49,717 bases of DNA, from contig CAAGRW010000151.1 in the NCBI GenBank assembly GCA_900772775.1, positions 1 through 49,717 of the forward strand, given 5' to 3'. Numbering within the stretch: position 1 is the first letter of the stretch; every line of letters begins with the position of its first letter. The notes under the pieces are model-generated. The model worked only from the letters and a program-made list of their open reading frames with translations. It ran no database searches and had not been told where the DNA came from. Below, one piece after another: positions 36,587 through 45,162 of this stretch. The stretch comes from Candidatus Rifleibacteriota bacterium (GTDB taxonomy: Bacteria > Vulcanimicrobiota > Xenobia > Xenobiales > Xenobiaceae). Both the position numbers and the translations under genes were made by a program.

Positions 36587-38566
36587 TTATTGTTCTTCAG
36601 CCATTTGCTCCCAAATAGCCATAAGTTCGGTATTTTCCTGTTGTTTGCGATCGTATTCGTCACGCAATTTTTTGAGCTTTTCAGGATCGTTATAAAGCGC
36701 AGGATCGGCCAAGCGCTCACCCAGAGCTTGCATTTCTTCTTCTAAAGTGCAAATGCGCTTTTCTAAAGCAGAAAATTTCCACTTAAATTGACCACCAGCT
36801 CCAGCTGAGCTCTTGTTGTTTTGGCTTTCAGCTTTGCTTTGCTGATAGGCTGCCAGGGCTGCTTTGCGATTTTTAGTTTGCTGTGTTTTGGTTAGCGCAG
36901 GCTTACCTCCCCCAGCTTTTTCGGCAACTTCACGCTGCACTTCTTTGCGACGGGCTTCAGCATAATCATCGTAGTTGCCCAAATAGCGAAATGCTCGTCC
37001 TTGACGTATTTCCACCACCACATCGGCCAATTCGTTCATGAAAAAGCGATCGTGGGTGACGATCATGACAGTACCGGGATAATCTTGCAAAGCGTTGAGT
37101 AAAGCCTGGCGCGATTCAATATCCAAATGGTTGGTAGGCTCGTCCAAAAGCAACAAATTGGAGGGTTGCAAAATACAGCGTGCCAAAGCTACGCGGCTGC
37201 GCTCTCCTCCACTCAATACAGAAATCTCCTTATTGACGTCGTCACCTTCAAAGAGCAAACATCCTAAAATAGTGCGCACTCTGGTCTGATCGACATCAAA
37301 ACCGCACACTGAATATACTTCTTCCAAAATAGTGCGGTTCATGTCCAGCGATTCGGCTTGATGCTGGGCATAATAGACAGGCTCCAACTTGTAACCGGCT
37401 TTAATTTTGCCACTATCCGGTTCTTCTAAACCGGCCAATAAGCGCAAAAGCGTGGATTTACCTACGCCGTTGCCACCTACTAAAGCCATTCTTTCACCGC
37501 GCTGTACTTCCAAACTTAGTCCGGTAAGAACCTGACGCTGACCGTAAGCTTTGCAAACATTTTTTACGGAAAGAACCGATTGGCCTGAAGCTGAAGCTGT
37601 AGCAAATTGAGCCTTGAGAGAGCGCTGATCTTTGTCGGGAGCTTCAATCAAATCGCGCTTTTCTATAAGTTTGATGCGGCTTTGTACACGTGTAGCCAAA
37701 GTAGCTTTGTAGCGGAAACGCTCCACAAAGCGCATTTCTTGTTTCAGCTTTTTTTGCTGATTTTGATAGGCGGCTTCTTGTTGTTCGCGGCGGCGTTCAC
37801 GTTCTTCCACATAGAAGCTATAGTTGCCAGCATATTCGCTAATTTTAGTATTGCGCAACTCCAAAACACGGTTGATGCAATGATCCATAAAATAGCGATC
37901 GTGAGAAACTAAAATAACGGTAGCCGAACTTTTGCGGATATAATCTTCCAACCACTCGGCAGCATAGATATCTAGATGGTTGGTAGGTTCGTCTAAAAGA
38001 AGTAAATCGGGATCGCGCAAAAGCAATTTGGCCATAGAGCCGCGCATTTGCCAGCCGCCGCTAAATTCGGAAGTCAGACGATCCATATCGCTATCATTAA
38101 AGCCCAAACCGTGCAAAGTGCTGCGAATTTTGGCATCGATAAGCTCAGGCTCGCTGTGTTCCAAACGCATGCGGCAACGTCCGTAGCGGTTAAGTACCGA
38201 TTGCAGCCGTTCAGCATCGGCAGGATCTGCAGATTCGCCCAATTTGGCCATTTGCTCTTCTAAAGAGCGCACTTCGGCTTCAAGTTCTTTGACATCGGCG
38301 AAAACTTGTTCCATCTCTTGATAGAGAGTTAGACTGTGGTTGAGTTGTCCTTCCTGCCCCAAATACCCCACTTGGCAAGAAGGCCCCAAAATAATAGAAC
38401 CACTATCGTAGGACTCGGTGCCGCAGATAATATGCAACAAAGTAGTTTTGCCACAACCGTTGCGGCCTACTAAAGCGACTTTTTCGCCGGGCGCCACAGC
38501 GAAACTAACATCATCCAAAATAATATGAGCGCCGAAAGATTTGTTTAAATTTACTACGTGAATCAC
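36587..38566 (-). CDS. ABC-F family ATPase (tandem ABC domains, no TM domain) with a basic/coiled C-terminal extension
   Basis: Two Walker A motifs (GRNGCGKTT, GGNGVGKST), two signature motifs (FSGGWQMR, LSGGERSR) and an inter-domain linker are present. The ORF track extends to the TTG at 38719. Homology starts at VIHVVNLNKSFG, so I prefer the GTG at 38566. The upstream 51 codons are hydrophobic and unlike ABC-F proteins. Confidence 0.85.
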   Translation of the reverse strand: MIHVVNLNKSFGAHIILDDVSFAVAPGEKVALVGRNGCGKTTLLHIICGTESYDSGSIILGPSCQVGYLGQEGQLNHSLTLYQEMEQVFADVKELEAEVRSLEEQMAKLGESADPADAERLQSVLNRYGRCRMRLEHSEPELIDAKIRSTLHGLGFNDSDMDRLTSEFSGGWQMRGSMAKLLLRDPDLLLLDEPTNHLDIYAAEWLEDYIRKSSATVILVSHDRYFMDHCINRVLELRNTKISEYAGNYSFYVEERERRREQQEAAYQNQQKKLKQEMRFVERFRYKATLATRVQSRIKLIEKRDLIEAPDKDQRSLKAQFATASASGQSVLSVKNVCKAYGQRQVLTGLSLEVQRGERMALVGGNGVGKSTLLRLLAGLEEPDSGKIKAGYKLEPVYYAQHQAESLDMNRTILEEVYSVCGFDVDQTRVRTILGCLLFEGDDVNKEISVLSGGERSRVALARCILQPSNLLLLDEPTNHLDIESRQALLNALQDYPGTVMIVTHDRFFMNELADVVVEIRQGRAFRYLGNYDDYAEARRKEVQREVAEKAGGGKPALTKTQQTKNRKAALAAYQQSKAESQNNKSSAGAGGQFKWKFSALEKRICTLEEEMQALGERLADPALYNDPEKLKKLRDEYDRKQQENTELMAIWEQMAEEQ

Positions 38567-38739
38567 GCCGTTGATAATAACACAAACTGTGTAGAGAACA
38601 AATAAGCGCAACCTAAACCAGGCAGGAAGAAAAAAAAGGTGGCTAAAAAGACTCTTGCCTTCAGTTTTGCTTAGGCCGGACAGATATTGAAAAAAACGAT
38701 TCTGCGCCAATTTCGACAAAAAATTTTAAGGACCAATAG

Positions 38740-39981
38740 ATGAGTACAGTACGCGAATTAGCCCAAAGGGCACGGATAGCTTCTTTTGCATTGGCAAATT
38801 TGAAAACCGGGGAAAAGAATCAAGCTTTAGAAAAAATCGCCGGACAGCTCTTAGCTGATCAAGAACAAATTTTGGAAGCAAATAAAAAAGATGTAGCTAA
38901 AGCTGCTCAAGATGGAGCTACGCCAGCTTTCTTGGATAGGCTCAGTCTCACCTCGGCTCGCATTTTGGCTTTGGCCAACAGCGTGTTAAAAGTGGCCCAA
39001 CTCGACGATCCTGTGGGACGCGAAGTAGGTTGGACTCGCCCTAACGGCCTCTCTATACGCAAAGTTCAGGTGCCTTTAGGCGTTATCGCCATGATCTACG
39101 AAGCTCGTCCTAACGTAACTGTCGACTCAGCTGTGCTTTGCTTAAAGTCGGGTAATGCTTGTCTATTGCGCGGATCTTCCCATGCTGCCGAGTCGAATAA
39201 AGTGCTGGCTCGCAGCATGCGTCAAGCCCTCTCAGAGTGTGGCTTAAATCCCGACTTTATCATTCCTGTAGAAAACGAAGGTCGCCAAGCTGTCGAAGAG
39301 TTGGCCAAAATGAACGATCTGATCGATTGTATTATTCCTCGCGGCGGTCACAGTTTAATCAGTCGAGTTAAAGAAATATCCACCGTGCCAGTTATCGAAA
39401 CCGGTGTGGGCAATTGCCACCTTTACGTACACAAAAGTGCCAATTTAGATATGGCTCTCAATATTTTAATTAACGGCAAAACTCAACGTCCTGGCGTTTG
39501 CAATGCCTTGGAAACTTTGCTTATCGACTCCGAAGTGGCCCCACAATTCTTACAAAAAATGGCCGAAAATGACGATATGGCTGAGGTAACTTTACACGGT
39601 TCCCCCGAAGTATGCGCTTTGACTGATAAGGCAGTGGCCGCAACTGAAGAAGATTGGGATAAAGAGTATCTCAGCTTAGATATAGCTGTAAAAATAGTGG
39701 ACGGTTTGGACGAAGCCATCAATCATATCAACGCTCATTCTTCCGGCCACTCCGAAGCTATCGTCACTGAAGACTGGAAAGCGGCCAAACAATTCCAACA
39801 GCGCATAACGTCCTGTGCAGTTTATGTCAACGCTTCCACCCGTTTTACCGATGGCGGCGAATTTGGCTTTGGTGCTGAAATAGGCATCTCCACTCAGAAG
39901 CTTCACGCTCGCGGCCCGCTCGGCTTGGAAGCTTTAACTACCGATAAATATTTAATTGAAGGCGAAGGCCAAATTCGCTAA
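38740..39981 (+). CDS. proA: Glutamate-5-semialdehyde dehydrogenase (gamma-glutamyl phosphate reductase)
   Basis: 413 aa. The segment VIAMIYEARPNVTVDSA and the catalytic Cys region (GVCNALETLLI) are present, and SSGHSEAIVTED is typical of ProA. Confidence 0.92.
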   Translation: MSTVRELAQRARIASFALANLKTGEKNQALEKIAGQLLADQEQILEANKKDVAKAAQDGATPAFLDRLSLTSARILALANSVLKVAQLDDPVGREVGWTRPNGLSIRKVQVPLGVIAMIYEARPNVTVDSAVLCLKSGNACLLRGSSHAAESNKVLARSMRQALSECGLNPDFIIPVENEGRQAVEELAKMNDLIDCIIPRGGHSLISRVKEISTVPVIETGVGNCHLYVHKSANLDMALNILINGKTQRPGVCNALETLLIDSEVAPQFLQKMAENDDMAEVTLHGSPEVCALTDKAVAATEEDWDKEYLSLDIAVKIVDGLDEAINHINAHSSGHSEAIVTEDWKAAKQFQQRITSCAVYVNASTRFTDGGEFGFGAEIGISTQKLHARGPLGLEALTTDKYLIEGEGQIR

Positions 39982-39991
39982 TGTTAAGACT

Positions 39992-40489
39992 ATGAGCTCA
40001 CCTAACGAGGGCGCAGTTTCAGCTGCGCCGCAAGCTGAAACTGTGGCTGTTTCGGCCTCACCAAACTGGCAAGAGAGCAACCTAAAGCAACAGGCTGTAG
40101 CTCTCTTGACAGAAAGCTATGCCGAAACAGCCACCTACCAAGTCGGGACGCACCACTTAGCTTCTTCGCGACGTTTTCTTATGGAAGAAGCGCAAAAAGG
40201 CGTCCCGACTTGGTGCGCCCTCGAGGCGGGTGAGCTGACACTTTGGCTGGAAGCCAGAAAAGCGAAACTGCACAGCCTTTACGGCAGCGCCTTGGAAAAT
40301 TTTTCCCAGGCGCTGCAACGTATGGCCGCAGCCGCCCAAGGGCTTTCTGCTGAGCAAGCCCAAGCCAAAGCTGCGGCCATAGAGGCTGCCGAGCATTTGC
40401 TTATGAGCGATAAGCGCCGCCAAGAATTGAACTTGTTGCAACAAAAGCTGGAAGCTGTCGTCTCGCCTTCTTCGTCCAACGACAGCTAA
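39992..40489 (+). CDS. Hypothetical alpha-helical protein
   Basis: ORF directly after proA. The preferred start is the ATG at 39992 (MSSPNEG), because the ORF-track start at 39956 overlaps the proA 3-prime end. No recognised motif and a weak SD. Confidence 0.45.
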   Translation: MSSPNEGAVSAAPQAETVAVSASPNWQESNLKQQAVALLTESYAETATYQVGTHHLASSRRFLMEEAQKGVPTWCALEAGELTLWLEARKAKLHSLYGSALENFSQALQRMAAAAQGLSAEQAQAKAAAIEAAEHLLMSDKRRQELNLLQQKLEAVVSPSSSNDS

Positions 40490-40554
40490 ACGACGTGACG
40501 ACAGCCAAACAATAGGCTGAGGAAAAACAACCTCGTTTTTTAGGCCCAAACCTT

Positions 40555-41256
40555 ATGGAATTGTTGCTCATTGCTTTCGAAAATATATTTTGGATTATAA
40601 GGCAAACTTTACGCGAGTTTTTCCTCTATGGAAGCAGCCTTTGGTGGTATAGGTTGCGCTTTTCGCTCATGCTGAGTTGGCTCGGCAGCTCGCCCAATGT
40701 GGCCGTTTTGCGGTATTTTCGGCAATATGCTCCCCAAAGGTTGCAAAACGGCCACAACTTGCCGGACGATTGCGGCGACCTCACTTATGGGGAGACTTTG
40801 CCAGGCACAGCCTATGCTTTGTTAAAAGCAGTCGACGCTTCGGAGCAAACAAAAGTGGCAGACTTAGGATGTGGACGCGGAGTAGTACCTTTAACGGCAG
40901 CTCTGGCTTTTGCTTCCCCATCTGTGGGCGTAGATATAGTGCCAGATTATATAAAACGAGGGCGCCGAGCGGCCAACTTGTTAGGCTTAAAAAATAAAGT
41001 CAGCTTCCAAGAAGCTGACTTTAGTCACGATAAATTGCCTGTTGCAAATATTTATTTTTTAACTGCAGTATGCCTGGACCCAAAAACTTGGTTGGCTTTA
41101 CAAAAGAATTTGTTAAGGCAAGCGCCGCTTGGTTCCAAAGTAATCAGCGTCAGCCGAAAGTTGAATGATTCAGCTTGGGAATTGTGCCATCAGTCTTCCT
41201 ATCCATTTACTTGGGATGAAGCAACTGTATATATTTATCGCAAAGTGGCTGACTAA
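40555..41256 (+). CDS. Class I SAM-dependent methyltransferase
   Basis: Motif I reads VADLGCGRGVVPL. An acidic post-I residue (VGVDI) and FQEADF are present. 233 aa. The start is uncertain because there is no clear SD. Confidence 0.65.
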   Translation: MELLLIAFENIFWIIRQTLREFFLYGSSLWWYRLRFSLMLSWLGSSPNVAVLRYFRQYAPQRLQNGHNLPDDCGDLTYGETLPGTAYALLKAVDASEQTKVADLGCGRGVVPLTAALAFASPSVGVDIVPDYIKRGRRAANLLGLKNKVSFQEADFSHDKLPVANIYFLTAVCLDPKTWLALQKNLLRQAPLGSKVISVSRKLNDSAWELCHQSSYPFTWDEATVYIYRKVAD

Positions 41257-43469
41257 TCGGCCGCAGCCTCAAGCTTGACGTTGATTTTGCCAAACTCAAG
41301 TTCAAGATGTTTGACCAACTCAGGGTTAAAAAGTTTGTCAGACTCTTTTTTTATCAGCTCCAGAGCCGCCTCTTGAGTGCAGACTCCCTGTGCGCCGCCT
41401 TTAGTGAGCAAGCGCTCGTAGTAGTCGGCTAAACCAACTATTTGAGCAGCTAAAGGAATGGCCTTTCCTTTCAAGCCTTCAGGAAAACCACTGCCATCCC
41501 ACATTTCGTGGTGATACTGAATAGCTTCTAACACACCATCGGGGAAAGGCATAGCCGAGAAGTTTTCATATCCTAAGAGAGTATGCTGTTTATAAAGCTC
41601 GTTACACTCTTTCACATCAGCATCGTTGTTGGGATTGTCGGCATAATACATAGCCACATCAGGCAAAGCCATTTTCCCTGAATCGTGCAAACAAGCTCCT
41701 ACATGAATGCCATTTTTAAGTTCTTCTTCTACACCAAACGACTCAGCCAAAATATCAGCAATAGCCGCCACTCGCTGAGAATGTGATTGGCAATAGGCAT
41801 CGCGCAAATCGGTCAAGGCAGAAAGAGAACTCATAAATTGGAAGAGACTCTCCTCTACATTGTTACTATATTCGCGCTCTTCTTGGATAGCTTGGTGTAA
41901 ATGAACAGCTTTAGTTCCAAAGAATTGCAACATAGAAGCTTCAAAAAAATCGCTCTTACGATTGGGCAAATCGCGCAAAGCTGCTTCGGCCAAAGTGTGC
42001 AAAGATAGCGTATCTTGACCTTTTTGCAAAGAATCGGCACTGTCGAAATAGATTTGCTGTTCTTTATCGGTGCTATCTTTCATGGCTTCCAAAAGGAATT
42101 GCTCAGCCTCTTTCATCTTGCCTAAAGCACGGTAACTGAGCCCCATATAATAACGAGAGCGACAATCTAAAGGCGAAAACTTACCGTAAGCCTCGAGCTC
42201 TTTTATAGCTTCTTCGTATGCAGCGCTTCTGTAATGGAGAACACCTATTTCGTAGCGAGCTTCTTGAGCTTTGGGATTCAATTCTAAAGCCTTGCTAAAA
42301 GAGGCAATAGCTTTGTCAAAATTGTTTAGCCTGGCATAGGCTACGCCCAAGCCGTAAAAAGTGTAGCTACTGCGAGGATCAAGCTTAGCGGCTTTTTCCA
42401 ATTCTGCTACTGCTTCGGAAAAACGTTCCAAAGAGCTGAGTACACTACCTAAGCAGTAATGGACTTCACTTTCATCAGGAGAAAGATTGGAAGCCTTGCG
42501 GAAGTAATCTAAAGCTTTGGCATTTTGTCCCAAATTTTTAAAAACTTGGCCGGCCGCAAATTGGTATTCGGCCGCTTCCGGAGCTAAATCGGCCGCCTTG
42601 GAAATATATTCGGCGGCTTCGTCCAGACGATATTGTTTTTCCAAGCATTTGCCTAAGCCGAAATAGGCTTCTAGGCAAGACGGATGTCTCTCCAACAAGC
42701 TGCGCAAAGTATTTTCTACTTGGGGATATTGCTCAGCTAGCATATAGGCCTGAGCTAAACGCAAACTAGCTTTTATATGACCGGGAGCAACTCCTAAAGC
42801 TTTGCGATAAGCCTCTATCGCTTTGGCAGTTTCTTTCAAATTAAAATGGGCCAAGCCCAGCGCGTACAAGCCGTAAGCGTCGTCAGAATGACGAGCGCAA
42901 TATTTTTCCGCAGCTTGACACGCTTCCTTAAACTTGCCCAATTTGCTGAAAATAAGGCTGCGCCACAAGAAAAGTTGCGGCAATAAATTGTCTTGCCCAC
43001 CCAATTCATCCAGAGAGGCTTGCGCTTCAGGGAAGCGATTTAGCACTAGAAAAGCCGCTGCAGCCTTAATCAAAAACTGCAAATCGTTACTGCTCTCAAC
43101 GGATTTTTTTAATAAATCGGCAGCTTGCACCATCAGTTTGGGATCGGCAAATTTAATTAAGCTTAAATCTAAATCTCCATCTTCATCGACAGTTTTGCCC
43201 AGCGCCTCTACGCCATAGCTTAATTTGCCACTTAACATATAAGCTAAGCCCAAATTAAATTGCAAAGGCCCAGAGTTATCGCCACAAGTCGCAACTTGTC
43301 TGAAATAAGAGGCAGCTTCGGCGAACTGTCCACCGGCCAAGCACTTTTCTCCTTTGGAGAACAGCGCCATGCTGTCTTTGGAGTCAACGAATGTATTTTC
43401 TTCTGAAACTGTGTTTTTCTGTTCTATGCTCACGCCGGTATTATACACAAAAACTGATACTATTAACAA
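41253..43469 (-). CDS. TPR-repeat protein with a C-terminal HD-GYP domain (putative cyclic-di-GMP phosphodiesterase/receptor)
   Basis: About 10 TPR units occupy the N-terminal region. The C-terminus carries CLHDSGKMALPD (HD) and HHEMWDGSGFPEGLKG (GYP-type, here GFP). The start is uncertain: candidates are the TTG at 43469, the GTG at 43433 and the ATG at 43370, and none has a strong SD. Confidence 0.8.
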   Translation of the reverse strand: MLIVSVFVYNTGVSIEQKNTVSEENTFVDSKDSMALFSKGEKCLAGGQFAEAASYFRQVATCGDNSGPLQFNLGLAYMLSGKLSYGVEALGKTVDEDGDLDLSLIKFADPKLMVQAADLLKKSVESSNDLQFLIKAAAAFLVLNRFPEAQASLDELGGQDNLLPQLFLWRSLIFSKLGKFKEACQAAEKYCARHSDDAYGLYALGLAHFNLKETAKAIEAYRKALGVAPGHIKASLRLAQAYMLAEQYPQVENTLRSLLERHPSCLEAYFGLGKCLEKQYRLDEAAEYISKAADLAPEAAEYQFAAGQVFKNLGQNAKALDYFRKASNLSPDESEVHYCLGSVLSSLERFSEAVAELEKAAKLDPRSSYTFYGLGVAYARLNNFDKAIASFSKALELNPKAQEARYEIGVLHYRSAAYEEAIKELEAYGKFSPLDCRSRYYMGLSYRALGKMKEAEQFLLEAMKDSTDKEQQIYFDSADSLQKGQDTLSLHTLAEAALRDLPNRKSDFFEASMLQFFGTKAVHLHQAIQEEREYSNNVEESLFQFMSSLSALTDLRDAYCQSHSQRVAAIADILAESFGVEEELKNGIHVGACLHDSGKMALPDVAMYYADNPNNDADVKECNELYKQHTLLGYENFSAMPFPDGVLEAIQYHHEMWDGSGFPEGLKGKAIPLAAQIVGLADYYERLLTKGGAQGVCTQEAALELIKKESDKLFNPELVKHLELEFGKINVKLEAAAD

Positions 43470-43980
43470 TTTTTACCACAATGTCTAAACAGTATATAGC
43501 TCACCTATTTCGCCTATATACACACATTTTTACGGATAGCTAAAAATATTTTTTAATTTTTATTTCCAGAATTTGCGGCTCCAGCTGCCCAGTAAAGTAA
43601 AAAATCCTACAATTTTGCTATACATAAAAGAAGGGGACTTGATTTTGAAATAAAAAAGTACGGCTATATACCGCAGAAAAAAAGAAAGTTAGTTTTTTGC
43701 CGAGCCGCCCCCAAGGCACAGCAAAGCAAAAACGTAGTCCTTGTTTCAGAGAATACTTTTTTCCAAGTTGCAGAGGCGGGTGTCACCACAGCTCAAGTGC
43801 TTTTATACAGAGCTCGGATGGCAAAGGCAACAAAGCAAGTTAGTAGCATCATACGATCTACCAAGCTTTAGCTTAAGGAAAAGGGCGGCTATTTAGAGCT
43901 GCATTATCGAGTATGCTCTGTTGTTTTTGAGCTTATCCCCCTCTTTGTTTTAGGGGGTTCTCAGTAGTAGAAGAGGTTGT

Positions 43981-45006
43981 ATGGTCACTAAATTAAAATC
44001 TAGGAATATCACAGAGAACGATTTCCCCAAAGATGCCGATGATCTAACAAAAGTATCATTTATCCTTCATTACGCTATTTTGGCGCCTTCGTCTTGGAAT
44101 GCCCAGCCTTGGATGTTCAAGTTGCATGGCAATACTATTAAGTTATTCCATGACGCTGAGCGCATACAAGCTCATCGCGACCCCTTAGGTAGAGAAAATA
44201 TTATTTCGTGCGGCGCAGCGCTATGTAATCTTCGCATAGCCTTGCGCCGTTTTGGTTTCTTGGAAGAAACCGTCATCATGCCTCCCAATTCTGAAGAGAA
44301 TTTAGTAGCCGAAATCACCTGGAAAAATACCGGCGAATTTGGTAAAGACAACAAACTTTTTAAGGCTATTCAGCAACGTCATTCTTATCGCAAGCCTTTC
44401 AGTGAAGAAATTGTCAAACCTGAACTTATTGAGCTCTTTGAAAATGCTGCCAAAGTTTACGGTTGTGAGTTTGTACCTATTACCATTAACAGTACCCAGA
44501 TGGCCTTAGCCGGTATGATTAGCGAAGGCGATAAAGATTTGGGCGCCGATTTGGCCACCAGAAAAGAATATGCTTCTTGGGTGCGCAGCAGCGGCCGTTC
44601 CGAAGATGGTGTTCCCGGTTATGCTATGGGCAATACCAATGCCGTAGCCGGAATTTTGGCTCCCCTCACCCACAGAGTTTTTAACTACACAGACGAATTT
44701 GCCCGTGGCGACCAAGCTCTCACTTGCGCTACCACCCTTTTGGGAGTAATCACTTCTCCTACAGATACTCCCAGCGATTGGGTACAAAGTGGACAAGCCG
44801 TCGAGAGAGTTTTGCTCAGTGCCGCTGCCAACGGTTTGCAAGCCTCCTTCCTCAACCAGCCGATTCCCGTAGTAGAGTTGCGTAAACGCTTGCAAAGTCT
44901 CTTGGGACTGACCGATTGGCCGCAACTTATTTTGCGCATAGGCTATCCTACCGAGCCGCCTAAAGTGACGGCCAGACGTAAATTGGACGATGTGCTTTTA
45001 GTCTAA
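43981..45006 (+). CDS. Acg-family FMN-binding nitroreductase-like protein
   Basis: The segment ILHYAILAPSSWNAQPWMFKL, the two-lobed ~340-aa architecture, and RHSYRKPF are typical of Acg/Rv2032-like nitroreductases. GAAGAGG SD. Confidence 0.75.
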   Translation: MVTKLKSRNITENDFPKDADDLTKVSFILHYAILAPSSWNAQPWMFKLHGNTIKLFHDAERIQAHRDPLGRENIISCGAALCNLRIALRRFGFLEETVIMPPNSEENLVAEITWKNTGEFGKDNKLFKAIQQRHSYRKPFSEEIVKPELIELFENAAKVYGCEFVPITINSTQMALAGMISEGDKDLGADLATRKEYASWVRSSGRSEDGVPGYAMGNTNAVAGILAPLTHRVFNYTDEFARGDQALTCATTLLGVITSPTDTPSDWVQSGQAVERVLLSAAANGLQASFLNQPIPVVELRKRLQSLLGLTDWPQLILRIGYPTEPPKVTARRKLDDVLLV

Positions 45007-45162
45007 TCCCATTGCTAATCGTCTGCCTCCCCTAAAGGTGATACAGACGGGGGCACGTTCAATTAAGTGCAAGCCTCCTTTATCCGAAGCAATTGGCAAA
45101 AAATAGCCATGGGCTCGGACTGAGGGGGCTTAATTTTTCACCAGGCAAAAGGGAAAATATTT

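Noticed and set aside
36443-36745. 100-aa plus-strand ORF bridging the methyltransferase start and the ABC-F 3-prime end.
   Set aside because: It overlaps two well-supported minus-strand genes and has no SD.
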